Positions 25,642 through 38,914 of a stretch of 64,000 nt of DNA are shown one piece after another. A program made the position numbers and the translations under genes. Each line of letters starts with the position of its first letter. The first letter of the stretch is position 1. The stretch is from the human T2T-CHM13v2.0 reference genome, Homo sapiens, in assembly GCF_009914755.1 (NCBI RefSeq), contig NC_060927.1. One strand, given 5' to 3'. The notes beneath the pieces were generated by a model. That model searched no databases, was not told the DNA's origin, and saw only the letters and a list, made by a program, of their open reading frames with translations.

Positions 25642-26831
25642 AGTGTGCTTCTACTGAAAACATTTACAGTATGTCATAATCACAACTTTTTAGCATACTG
25701 TTAGCTAAAAAATAAAATATAGGCTGACTGCAAAAATTTACTTGCAATTCATCGTTTGGACCTCACAATAACTTTTCTCCATTGAAGCAATGTTGCAAGT
25801 GGTTGGTAGATTTCATTTTTGCCTTCCCAATGCCTTTGTAAACCCAAATGTAGACAAAATAGCCAAGGATAATTGCTACTAAAAAATATCCATTTAAAAT
25901 GAATCCATTGGAAACTGGAAACAAACCAAAATATTGTATTAGGATTTTATCATGAGAAATGAAACCAATCAAGAAAATAAGCTTATTTTATCTTATATTA
26001 TGTTAAACCCTACTGTGTAAAATTTATTAAAAATGGCACTTATTGTGGCTCAAACCAATATTTAAAACAAATTTGATTACATTTGTAAGTCTTTACCAAA
26101 TCTTAGAATGAACCAGGAATAAATCAAGTGTTTGGATTTGAATGTTACGATTTTTGTTGACAAAGCTGTAAGAGGGGCACAATATCAAGTCCTTTATTTC
26201 ACTGTTGATTTTTGCAGTACCTTCACAAATAGGGTTATTTTGCCTAAATATTAGAGGGCACTTCACTTTTTCGAAGGGCATCTCTTAATCTATGCTATTC
26301 AAACCATTCTTTTGAGACGCATAACCTATCATTACCCCCTTTGCTTTTCTTCAAACATTTACTAGATTCTTATTTGTCAAATCTTTATGTGTGATTTAAG
26401 TAGTTCCTCATCACATCTAATCACTTAAATCCTGCTATTTGCATTTAATTGGCATTCTGTTTGCTTCATGAGAGTAACAAATATACTGACACAATAAATA
26501 TGGAAATATATTTGTATCACATGGGAAGAAATGTTTAAATGGAGACTAATATCATAAGTGGTCACTTCTAAGAAACACTCCATTCTCATGTAATTATATT
26601 TATAGTAAAAATCATAGAAGACAATGCAGATACAAATCTGACAACTAAGAAAATTGTAAAAATTATGGAATAGTTTTAAAACTTTTTCCTTGAATGTTGG
26701 CTCTTTAAACAAAGAAGCCTTAATCAGAGAAATTTACGCATAAGCATGTGATTCTGAATGAGCCTTTTCAAGGACTTTATGTATGAGTATTTGACTTTTG
26801 AGGTTAATAGAATCAATTCTTTAATATGGGT

Positions 26832-27593
26832 TGAGAAATAAAAATAAAGTCCTAAGCTTCTCCAACTGACTGAACACACCATCTCTTGGCCCAGGGGACT
26901 CCAGAGAAACCTTAGAAACTGAGTTCCTGGCCATGATGGGCTAGCAGGTCGAACATGCCTCAGTATGCCCCATTCCTTCTAACCTTTAACCAGAATTCTT
27001 TCCTAAGGCGTAAGTAAGCAGAAACCAGCTCTGGAAAATGAGAAATGGATGACTCATTACTTTGTCAACTTTAGCCAGTCCTCTGAGGCTGCCACAGGAC
27101 TCCCTTTCCCACATTGCAGTTTCAACATGACAGCTCACCAGTTAAACCATAAATCCCTTCCTGATAAGAGACCAACAACCATGAAGTGGTTCTGGCCAAT
27201 CTATGCAGGGTGCACAGCCAGGGCATTTGTGTCCTCCCCTTCATCTTTTGACATTAGGGGGCTGAAAACTCCACTCTCAGATCATGCTAATGCCACAATT
27301 TTTTGTACAGGGAATTCATGAAGAGGCATAAAGCTCAATTGTGAAGCACATGTTTCTCCTTTAATAAATATTCATGACTCCTCCTACAGCCTAATAAAAA
27401 GGTATTTTCAGCCACTCTGCTCAGCATAAATTCCCGTTTCTTTCAGCACTACCTTGAAGTGCCTGTTTCTGGCTTCTGGCCAGAGGTTACACTTCCCAGC
27501 GTGTCAGAATGGCCACCCTGCAGGTTGCAGCCTTTTGTGAGAAATAAAGCTGTCCTTTCCAAATGTATGAACCTTGTGATTCTTCAGCTGACA
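26832..27593 (+). mobile_element. MER4-group solo LTR (same family as 23130)
   Basis: TG...CA termini, perfect GGGT TSD. Confidence 0.8.
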
Positions 27594-30001
27594 GGGTAAT
27601 TCATCTGAAAAACGTAGTTTTTCTTCTTGGAAGTGGACTTCCAATATCATGATGCTAAAAACATGTCATACTGTAATAAGAGCTGTTTTGTACTTTTACA
27701 GAAGGAATTTTTAAAAATTTATTTTTAGTTTTTGTGGGTACATAGTAGGTGTATATATTTGTGGGGTACATGAGATATTTTGACACAAGTATGCAATGCA
27801 TAATAATCACATTAGGGTAAATGAGGTATCCATTACCTCAAGCATTTATCTTTTGTGTTATAAACAATCCAGTTGTACTCTTTTCATTATTTTAACATGT
27901 ACAATTAAATTATTATTGACTATAGTCACCCTGTTGTGCTATCAAATAGTAGGTCTTATTCATTCTTTCTAACCATTTTTTGTACCTATTAACAATCCCC
28001 ACTTGCTCTCCACTACCCCTGCCCCAATACCTTTCCCAGCTTCTGGTAACCATCCGTCTACCCTCTATCCCTGTGAATTCAATTGTTTCACTTTTTAGCT
28101 CCCACAGATAAGTGAGAACATGTACAGTTTGTCTTTCTGTGCCTGGCTTAATTCACTTAACATGATGGCCTCCAGCTCCATCCATGTTGTTGCAAATGAC
28201 AGGATCTCATTCTTTTTAAAAATATATGTAACATTTTCTTTATCCATTTGTTTGTTTATGGACACTTAGGTTGGTTCCAAGTCCTGGCTATTGTGAACAA
28301 TGCTGTAGGTATCTCTTCGATATACTGATTTCCTTTCTTTTGGGTATATACCTAGAAGTGGGTTTGCTGGATCATATGGTGACTCTATTTTAGTTTTTGA
28401 GGACCCTCCAAACGGTTCTCCATAGTGCTTGTACTAATTTACATTCCCACCAACCGTGTATGAGGATTCCCTTTACTCCACATCCTTGCCATCATCTGTT
28501 ATTGCCTGTCTTTTGAATAAAAACCATTTTAACTGGAATGAGATGATATCTCACTGTAGTTTTGATTTATGTTTCTCTGATGATCAATGATGTTGAGCAT
28601 CTTTTTATATACCTGTTTGCAATTTGTATCTCTTCTTTTGAGAAATGTCTGTTCAGACCTTTTGGCCATTTAAAACATTAGATTATTAGATTTTTTCCTA
28701 TAGAGTTGTTTGAACTCCTTATATATTCTGGTTATTAATCTCTGTCAAATGGGTAATTTTCAAATGTTTTCTCCCATGCTGTGGGTTGTCTTTTCACCTT
28801 GTTGATTGTTTCCTTTGTTATGCAGCAGGTTTTTAACTTGATGTGATCCCACTTGCCCATTTTTGCTTTGGTTGCCTGTGCTTGTGGAATATTACACAAG
28901 AAATCTTTGCCCAGTCCAATATTCTGGGGGGAGAGTTTCCCCCAATATTTTTTAGTAGTTTCATAATTTTAGTTCTTAGATTTAAATCTTTAATCCACTT
29001 TTATTTTATTTTTGTATATGGTGAGAGATATCATTCTAGTTTCACTCTTCTGCATATGCATATCCAGTTTTCCCAGCATCATTTATTGAAGAGACTGTCC
29101 TTTCCCCAATGTATGTTCTTGGTACTTTTGTTGAAACTGAGTTCACTGTAGATGTATCATTTTGTTTCTGGGTTCTCTGTTCTGTTCCATTGGTCTATGT
29201 GTCTGTTTTTATGCTTGTACCATGCTATTTTAGTTACTATAGCTCTGTAGTATAATTTGAAGTCAGGTAATGTGATTCCTCCAGTTTTGTTCTTTTGTGC
29301 TCAGGATAGTTCTGGCTATTCTGAGTCTTTAGTGATTTATAAATTTTAAGTTTGTTTTTTTTTTTCTATGTCTGTGAAGAATGTCATTGGTATTTTGATA
29401 GGGATTACACTGAATCTGTAGATTGCTTTGGGCAGTATGAACATTTTAACAATATTAGTTTTCCAGTCCGTGAATGTGGAATATCTTTCCATTTTTTGGT
29501 GTTCTCTTTAATTTCTTACATACATGTTTTATAGTTCTCATTGTATAGCTCTTTCATATCTTTGGTTAAATTAATTTCTAGGTATTTTATTTTATTTGTA
29601 GCTATTGTAAATGGCTTGATTTCTTTTTTAGATTGTTCATTGTTGGCATATAGAAATGTAACTTTACTGAATTTGCTTATCAGTTCTAATAGTTTTTTTG
29701 TAGAGTTTTTAGGTTTTTACAAATATAAAATTATATCATCTGAAAACAGAATAATTTGACTTCTTCCTTTCCAATTCATATATGTTTTATTTCTTTTATT
29801 TCTTTCTCTTGCCTGATGGCTCTAGCTAGGATTTTCAGTACTATGCTGAATAACAGTGGTGAAAGTGGGCATACTTGTGTTTCAGGTCTTAGAGGAAAGG
29901 CTTTCAGTTTTTCCCCATTCAGTATAATACTAGCTGTAGGTCTGTTGTATATGGCTTTTATTATGTTGAGGTATGTTCCTGCTATACCCATTTTTTTTAT
30001 G

Positions 30002-30080
30002 TTGGGTTGGTGCAAAAATAATTGAGGTTTCACAATTAAAAGTAATGGCAAAAACTGCAATTACTTTTGCACCAACCTAA
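30002..30080. mobile_element. MADE1 (Hsmar1 MITE)
   Basis: Inverted repeats ggttggtgcaaaa...ttttgcaccaacctaa, about 80 bp, TA on the right flank. Confidence 0.9.
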
Positions 30081-33080
30081 TATCATGAAGGGATGTTGAA
30101 TTTTATCAAATGCTTTTTCACTGTCAATTAAAATGATCATTTGGTTTTTGTCCTTCTTTCTGTTGATATTGTGTATTACATTGATTGATTTGCATGTGTT
30201 GAACCATCCTTCCATCCCAGGATATCCACTTGGTCATGATGAATGATCTTGTTATAATAATGTGCTGTTGAATTCGGTTTGCTAGCATTTTGTTGGGGAT
30301 TTTTGCATCAGTATTCTTCAGGGATATTGGCCTGTAGTTTTATTTTTATGATGCCTTTGTCTAGTTTGGGTATCAGAGCCTTGTAAAATGAGTTTGGAAG
30401 TGTTCTCTCCTCCTCTATTTTTTTGGAATAGTTTGAGTAGGATTGGTATTAATTTTTCTTTAAATGTTTGATAGAATTCAGCAGTGAAGTCATCAGGTCC
30501 CAGGCTTCTCTGCTGGGAAACATTTTATTATGGCTTTGGTCTTATTATTTGTTATTGGTCTGTTCAGGTTTTGGATTTCTTCATGATTCAATCTTGGGGG
30601 CAATTGTGTGTGTCTAGAAATTTATCCATTTCTTCTAGATTTTCCAATTTATTGGCTTATAGTTGCTCATAGTAGCCACTAATGGTCTTTTGAGTTTCTG
30701 TGGTATTGGTTGTAATGTCTCCCTTTTTCATCCCTGATTTTATTTATTTGGGGCTTCTCTCTTTTTTCTTAGTTAGTTTGGCTAAACGTTTGTCAATTTT
30801 GTTTATCTTTTCAAAAAACCAAGTTTTTGTTTTGTTGATTTTTTGTACTGTTTTCTTCATTTCAATTTCTTTTATTTCTGCTCTGATCTTATTTCTTTGA
30901 TTCTACTAATTTTGGATTTGGTTTGCTCTTGTTTTTCTAGTTAAGAGGCATCATTATGTTATTTACTCGAAGCTTTTCTTGTTTTTGATGTAGACTCTTA
31001 TGGCTATGAACTTCCTTCTTAGTACTGCTTTTGCTATATCCAATAGGTTTTGGTATGTTCTGTTTCCTTTATCATTTGTTTCAAGAAACTTTTTAATTTC
31101 CTTCTTAATTTCTTTATTGACTCACTGGTCATTCAGGAGCATATTATTTAATTTCTATGTATTTGTATAGTTTCCAAGATTCTTCTTGTTGTTGATTTCT
31201 AGTTTTATTCCACTGTGGTCAGAGAAGATGCCTTATATTATTCCAATTTTTTGAATGTTTTACAACTTGTTTTGCGGCCTAATATATGGTCTATCCCTGA
31301 GAATGATCCATTTGCTGAGAAGAATGTATATTCTGTAGCTGTTGGATGAAATGTTCTATAAATGTCTGTTGGATCCATTTGGTCTATAGTGCAGATTAAG
31401 CCCAATGTTTCTTGGTTGATTTTTTTCCCTAGAAGACCTGTCCAAAGCTGAAAGTGGGGTGCTGAAATCCCTAGCTATTATTTTATTGGGGCCTATCTCT
31501 CTCTCTTTAGCTTTATATGTTGCTTTATATATCTGGGTGTATAAATATATCTGGGTATATAAATACTCCAAAGTTGGGTGTCTATATATTTACAGCTGTT
31601 ATATCATCTTGTTTAATTGACCTTTTTATTATTATATAATGACCTTCTTTGTCTCTTATAGTTTTTGACTTGAAATGTACTTTGTCCAATATAAGTATAG
31701 CTGCTCCTCCTCTTTTTTCGTTTCATTGGCATGGAATATCTCTTTCCATCTCTTTATTTTCAATCTATGTGTGTCTTTATAGGTGAAGTGTGTTTCTTAT
31801 AGAAAACAGATCATGGGGTCTTGTTTTTGTATCCATTCAGCCACTCTGTCTTTTGATTGGAGAGTTTAGTCCATTAATATTCAATTTTATTTGATAAGTA
31901 AGGACTTACTCCTGTCATTTTATTATTTGTTTTCTGGTTGTTTTGTGGTATTCTTTCATTTCTTTCCTTCCTTCCTTGCTTCCTGTCTTCTGTGAAGGTG
32001 ATTTTCTCTGATGGTGTGATTTGATTTTTTGCTTTTTATTTTGTGTGTATCTGTCATGTATTTTTTTGATTTGAGGTTACCACAAGGCCTGCAAATGCTA
32101 TCTTATAACCCATTATTTTAAACTGACAACAACTTAACACTGATTGCATAAACAAACAAACAAAAAGAAAAATAATAAAAACCCTATTGCTTTAACTTCA
32201 TCTCCCCACTTTTTCACTTTTTGTTGTTTATCTTTATGTCTTATTGTGCTGTTTATGTCTTGAAAGGTTGTAGTCATTATTATTTTTGAGTGGTTCATCT
32301 TTTAGTCATTCTACTTAAGAGTAGTTTACGCGCTACAATTACAGTGTTGTAATATTCTGTGTCTTTCTGTGTACTTAATATTACCTAAGAGTTTTGTACC
32401 TTAAGACTATTGCTTATTGCTATTAATGTTCCTTTCTTTCAGATTGAAGAACTCCCTTTAGTATTTCTTATAGGAAAGGGTCTAGTGTTGATGAAATCAC
32501 TCAAGTTTTGTTTGTCTGGGAAAGTCTATTTCTAATTCATGTTTGAAGGATATTTTCACCAGATATGCTATTCTAGGGTAAAAGTTTTTTCTTCAGTACT
32601 TTAAATATGTCATGCCACTCTCTCTGATAAGATTTCCACTGAAAAGTCTGCTGCCAGATGTATTGGAGCTCCATTGTATGTTATTTGTTTCTTTTCTCTT
32701 GCTGCTTTTAGGATACTTTCTTTATCCTTGACCTTTCGGAGTTTGATTATTGAATGCACTGAGATAGTCTTCTATAGATTAAATCTGCTTAGTGTTCTAT
32801 AACCTTCTTGTACTTAAATATTGATATCTTTCTCTAGGCATGGGAGGGTCTCTGTTACTATCCTTTCAGATAAATTTTCTACCCCTATCTCTTTCTCTTT
32901 ATTGGCCTTTCAGGCCAGTAACTCTCAGATTTGTTCTTTTGAGGCTATATCCTAGATCTTGTAGATGTGCTTTATTCTTTTTTATTCTTTTTTCGTTTGT
33001 CTCCCCTGACCATGTATTTTCAAATAGCCCACCATCAAGCTGACTAATTCTCTCTTCTGCTTGATGAATTCTGCTGGTGA

Positions 33081-33467
<387 letters not shown>

Positions 33468-36400
33468 TCAATTTCTTTATTAAATTTATCTGATATAATT
33501 CTGAATTTATTCTCTGTGTTATCTTGAATTTTTTTGAGTTTCCCCAACACAGATATTTTGAATTCTCTGTCTGAAAGCTCACATATCTCTGTCTCTCCAG
33601 AAATGGTCCCTGGTGCCTTATTTAGATCATGTGGTTAGGTCATGTTTTCCTGAATAGACTTGATGTTTGTGGATGTTTTTCAGTGTCTGGGCTCTACAGA
33701 GTTAGATATTTATTGTAGTCTTTTGCAGTCTGGGCTTGTTTGTACCTGTCCTTAGGAAAGCTTTTCAAGTATTTGAAGGTATTGGGTGTTGTGATCTAAA
33801 CTGTATCAGCATTAGGGAGCACCCCAAGCTTCGTAATGCTGTAATTCTTGCAAACTTGTAGAGGAACTGCCTTGGTGGTCTTGAATAAGATGTGGAAAAA
33901 TTCTCTTGATTACAAAGCAGAGACTCTTGGTCTCTTCCCTTACTTTCTCGCAAACATATGGAATGTCTCCCTGTACTGAGCTTCCTAGAGCTAGGGGTGG
34001 GGTGACACAAGGACCCCTGTGGCCACCAATACTGGGACTGTGCTGAGTCAGACCTGAAACCAGCACAGCACTGGGTCTCTCCCCAGGCCCACTTAAGACC
34101 TTTAGGGCTACTGCCTGTGTTCACTTAAGACCCTTAGGGCTCTACAGTCAGCAGGTGGTGAAGCCAGCCAGGCTTGTGTCCTTCCCTTCAGAGTAGCAAG
34201 TTCCCCCAGGCCCTTGGTTGGTCCAGAGATCCTGTCTGAGAGGCAGGAACTCAAGTTAAAAACCTTAAAAATCTACCTGGTGCTTTTTCTGTTGCACCTA
34301 AGCTGGAACTCAAACACTGAGACAAAGTCCTTTCCACACTTCCTTCCTCTTTCTACAGGCAGAGGAGCTTCTCCCCATGGCCGCCACCATCACAAGCCCT
34401 TGGGGACTACTGCCAGGGTACTAATGATGTTCACTTAAAGCCCAAGGGCTCCTCTGTCAACTTATAGTGAACACTGCCAGGCCTGGCTCTCACCTTTCAA
34501 CACAGTGGGCTCCCCTCTGGCCCAGGGCAGGTCCAGAAATGCCTAGAATTGGGGACCCCAAGAGCCTGCTTGGTGCTCTACATTACTGTCATTGAGCTGG
34601 TACCTAAGATGCAAGACAAAGTTCCCTTTAGTTTTCTTTCTGCTTTTCTCAAGCAGAATGGATCTTTCCTCTAAGCCACCATAGCTGGGAATGTGCTGGG
34701 TCTCACCTGAAGCCAGTACATCTCAGAATCTCACCCAAGGCCCATGGTGTCTTGCTGATGGTTATTCAGGGCCTGAGGGCTCTTTAGTCAGCAGGTGATG
34801 AATCCTGGCAGGACTGGGTCCTTACCTTTAAGGCAATGGGTTCCCTTTTTGCCCAAGGTGTGTCAAGAGACATCATCCTGGAGCCGGGGCCTGGAATGGG
34901 AGCATCATGACTCTGCCCAGTGCCCTATCCTACTGTGGCTGAGCTGGTATCCAAGATGCAAGACAAAGTCCTCTTTACTCCTCTCTCTTCTCCTCAAGTA
35001 GAAGGAAAGAGTCATTTTCATTGCTACAAGCTGTGCTGCCTGGTTTGGGGGAGAGGTGGTACCATCATTCTCTTAGCCACCGTTACTGGTGTCTCACTAG
35101 GTTATGTGCTGCCCAAGTTCACTGGCTCCCAGCTCAGCACAGCACTAGTACTTGCCTAGGAGTTGCAATGCTTGTGGCCTAGACTGCCTTTCATTTATTT
35201 GGGATCCCAGAGCACTTTAGCCCATGGTGGCACTCAACTTGGTCACTTGAAGTAGGTGGTGTCTGCCAGAGCTCTTCATTATAAAGGTATCTTTACCTTT
35301 TTGTAATTTATAAGTAATATCAAAGGTAAGATTTTGAGATCAAATGGATATATTAATACCCAAGCACATTCTCACTTAATCTTAGTATTATGCATTCATA
35401 ACTCCTTAACACAATGGATCAGATCCTAGTTCTGATCTCTGAGCTCCAAAAATGTGTAATTAATGAAGTTTAACCTCACCTGAGCTCCTGATGCCTTTGA
35501 ATCTTCCCCTCTGGCTATCTTCTTAGGTCTTGCAGTTCAAAAGAACTCATCCCTAGAGTTTTTCTAGTGTTATAGAATCTGACCCAAGATGCCAGGAACT
35601 GCCTCCAGGATTCTTGCACATGTTTTTCTTTCAATCTCTCTGTCCCTATGCCTACAGCTGGGTCCATCTGCACTTTGCCAAACTAGATAAAAAGGAAAGG
35701 CCTAGAGCTCAGAGGCAGAACAAAGAGACTTACCCTCTCATATTCAAGAACACTAAGAGACTCTTAGGAACCTCATTTTTCAGCTCAAGAGAAGATGAAG
35801 GACTCCTCCATGGCAGGCAGTGTTTGTACTTACTACAGTTCCCATCATGGTAGACTTGATGGATTCCCTAGAGCAGCAGGACTCAGCCAACATACTCTAG
35901 CCTGCCTTCTGAGGTAGAAGCTCCCATGTCCTATTCATTTCCCAGGCTTCTCATTTCTAGGGTCCTTTTTCCCCTAGATCCCTCAGGAATAGCTTCATGT
36001 GGATGCCCTCAGGCCAAGAAAACTCTCAGTTCCCATTTAGCAGGGTTTTGTGTCCTTTGTCTGCAGAGGAAATTCCAGCTCCCAGCCCAAGCAAACCTAA
36101 ACAAGCTCCAACTACCAATGAGTGCCTTTTGTTATATCCCTACTAGGTATAGGGCTTCTGGAAGTGGAGAAACAGAACCACACTGAAGAAAAAAGGGGGA
36201 TGGGGGAGCCCAGAAACTGTATCGAGTTTCTCTGTAAGGATTTCAGCCTCCAAAGTTTGTCTGTAGACCCAAGTGAGTTCCTCTCAACATGTTTAGAATC
36301 ACTCAGTATAGGAGTCTTTGTGCCTAGAGTGGTAGGTTATGAGCTCTACCACAACCAGGGTTCTCAAAGGTACTTAAACGTCTGAGGGCAGATGGAGCAG

Positions 36401-36730
36401 GACCAGATCTGGGTTATACAGAGGTTACTTAGAAATTTTGGAGAATATGATAAAGGCCCAAGACCTCAGTATTAATATCAGTTCTTGGACTGCTGTGCTT
36501 GAGGCTTTTTGTAAACTTGAATTCCTCAAGATTCCTCCAATAAGACTTTCTGTATAAAATCCAGAACTTATTGTTAAAGACCTAGCAATAGCCAGAGTGA
36601 CACTGGAATCTACCTTGGTGAACACAGCTCATTTCCTGGAAAATACTCTGCCTCTCCTGTATCATGTATCACCTGTATTTCTAACCCTAAACAATATATT
36701 GTTTATTTTTGAAGAAAAAGGAATACCAAG

Positions 36731-37156
36731 TAATATGGTTTGGATCTATGTCCCGACCCAAATCTCATATTGAAATGTAATCTCCAATGTTAGAGGTGGG
36801 GCCTGGTGGGAGGTGATTGGACTGTGGGGGCAGATTTCTCATGAATGGTTTAGTACCATCTCCTTGGTACTGTCCTTGTGATAGTGAGTGAGTTCTTGCA
36901 ATATCTTGTCATTTAAAAGTGTGCGGCACCTCCCTTCTCTCTCTTTTGCTCCTGGTCTTGCCATGTGAAATGACTGCTCCCCCTCTGCATTCTGTCATGA
37001 TTGTAAGTTTCCTGAGGCCTCCCCAGAAGCTGAGCAGATGTTGGCATCACGCTTCCTGTACAACCTGCAGAAACATGAGACAATTAAACCACTTTTCTTT
37101 ATAAATTACCCAGTCTCAGGTATTTCTTTATAGCAATGTGAGAATGTACTAATACA
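36731..37156 (+). mobile_element. MST (MaLR) LTR
   Basis: tatggtttggatct...cccaaatctcat...ttctttatagcaatgtgagaa...ctaataca; 5-bp TSD ccaag/gcaag. Confidence 0.85.
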
Positions 37157-37580
37157 GCAAGTATAACCTAGTCTCAATCAATTTAGAAGTTTATTTTGCC
37201 AAGGTTGAGGTATGCCTGGGAAATCAGTCTGTGTTTTTCTCCAAAGATGATTTTGAAGGGTTCAGTATTTAAAGGGGAAAAGCAGGCTGGAGGCAAAAAA
37301 GGAAGGATATAGTCACAATACTGAATCCACATGTTGCAAGAGAAAATAAGCAGATAGGGGAATAGTCAATTGTGTATTCATCTCATACTCAGTAAATTGG
37401 GATTTTACATAAGATAAGGTGAACACGGAACAGCTACCTGTGAAGATATTTAACCTTTTATCTGTAGCTGTTTATTTAGGAACAAAAGGAAAGGCAGCTT
37501 CTTGCATGACTCAGCTTTCAGCTTAAATTTTCCTTTTGGCATAGTGAATTAGGTTCCCAAGTTTTTATTTTCATTCCACA
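37157..37580 (-). mobile_element. MER4A/C-like LTR (probable host of the MST insertion)
   Basis: Minus strand begins TGTGGAATGAAAATAAAAACTTGGG...AAGCTGAAAGCTGAGTCATGCAAG. Confidence 0.65.
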
Positions 37581-38914
37581 AAACTATTTGTGAGAAAAGG
37601 GCAACTGTGCTACTGTTAGATGAAGGTTCCTGGGAGAAGATCAGCTGAGATGTTTTTTAGTCACAGTTTGGTTTCAGCTACCTGAAGTTTTAAGAGTCTT
37701 GGAAAGTCAGGAGTGACTTCTGCTAAACACGGGGCTTTCCAGAGTCAGAGAAGCTAGCAAGCCTGTGGTTTGGACCAGGTACTAAATATTTGACAAGAGT
37801 ATGCCAGGTGTAATGAGCTACTGTCTATTCCCCTTTAAAGCTCCCATGGCCTAACTCCAACTCTCAGGAGTAGGCCAAGAGAAGCACTTCTATGTAGGAA
37901 AATGAGTGTTCTTAGCTGATCCAAACAGAAGAAAGTGGAAGGGAAAGCCGGAACATCTTCAGCACGAAGTTAAGTCAAGCCAAGTAAAGATGAGACTCTC
38001 ACCCAGGCATGCTTTCCTGAAGTTAAAAGAACTGTACATTGGCAGCAGGGATCTTGCTGATGAGCATCCTTGGCATAGCTAACTCTCAGGTCACACAGCT
38101 CCCATGGACTGGTTGCTTTACACCTGCTGAACAGCTGTCATTCTGGGACACTCTTTACTGGGCATTCCTCTCGCCTGTCTCCTCTGCCCTATCTTCTGTT
38201 TCCTGAATCCCATTTCTTCCCGTTCTTGGAAGAAGAGGAAATCTCTCATTTTGGTGGAGTGCGTTCTCCAGTGGCTTCTTGCGAGGGAGAGTTTTTGAGA
38301 ATTTGCTCATTTGAAAATGTGGAAATCATGGAAATAATTTTCTTCAGAATCTTAAAGGCATTGCTCCACAGTCTTAATCCAATTTAGCTATTCAGAAGTC
38401 TAAAGCTCATATAATTCCCTATACTTTCTTTGTGACCTTTGCTATTTCTCTTGGAGGCTTATAACTATCCATATTACCTCAGGGTTTTAAAATAGTGAAT
38501 TGTGCCTTCCAATCCTATGTTCTTTCTTTCAAGAAATTCCTGTTACTTGGGATGGGACTACATAGACTTGACTGGCTTTCTAATTTTCTTAGCTTTTTTC
38601 TCCATTAAAAAAGACCTCTTATTCTTTTTGCTTTAGTCTCTGGATGATTCCTTGACTTCATTTTACAAATTTTTGATTGAGTTTCTCATTTATGCTATCT
38701 TATTTTTAAATCTCAAGAATTATTTTTGTGTTACTCTGTGAATGGGTTTTTATTAATAGCATTCTCATATTGCTTCCTGAACAGATAATCATTTTTTACC
38801 CCTCTAAGAATATTGATAACAGTTTTTTAAAAAGTTTTCTTCTCTCCAAGATTGTTTCATCCAAATTGATCTTTTAAAAAAATTGTTTGTTCTTTAAAAA
38901 AACAACATATGAAG

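Noticed and set aside
23130-27593. Two similar same-strand LTRs as ends of one provirus
   Set aside because: No PBS or retroviral sequence between them; the second has its own GGGT TSD; they are too diverged. Independent solo LTRs.
34000-35000. Repeated gcccaagggc / gagctggta...aagatgcaagacaaagt units
   Set aside because: Consistent with internal repeats in old L1 5'UTRs.
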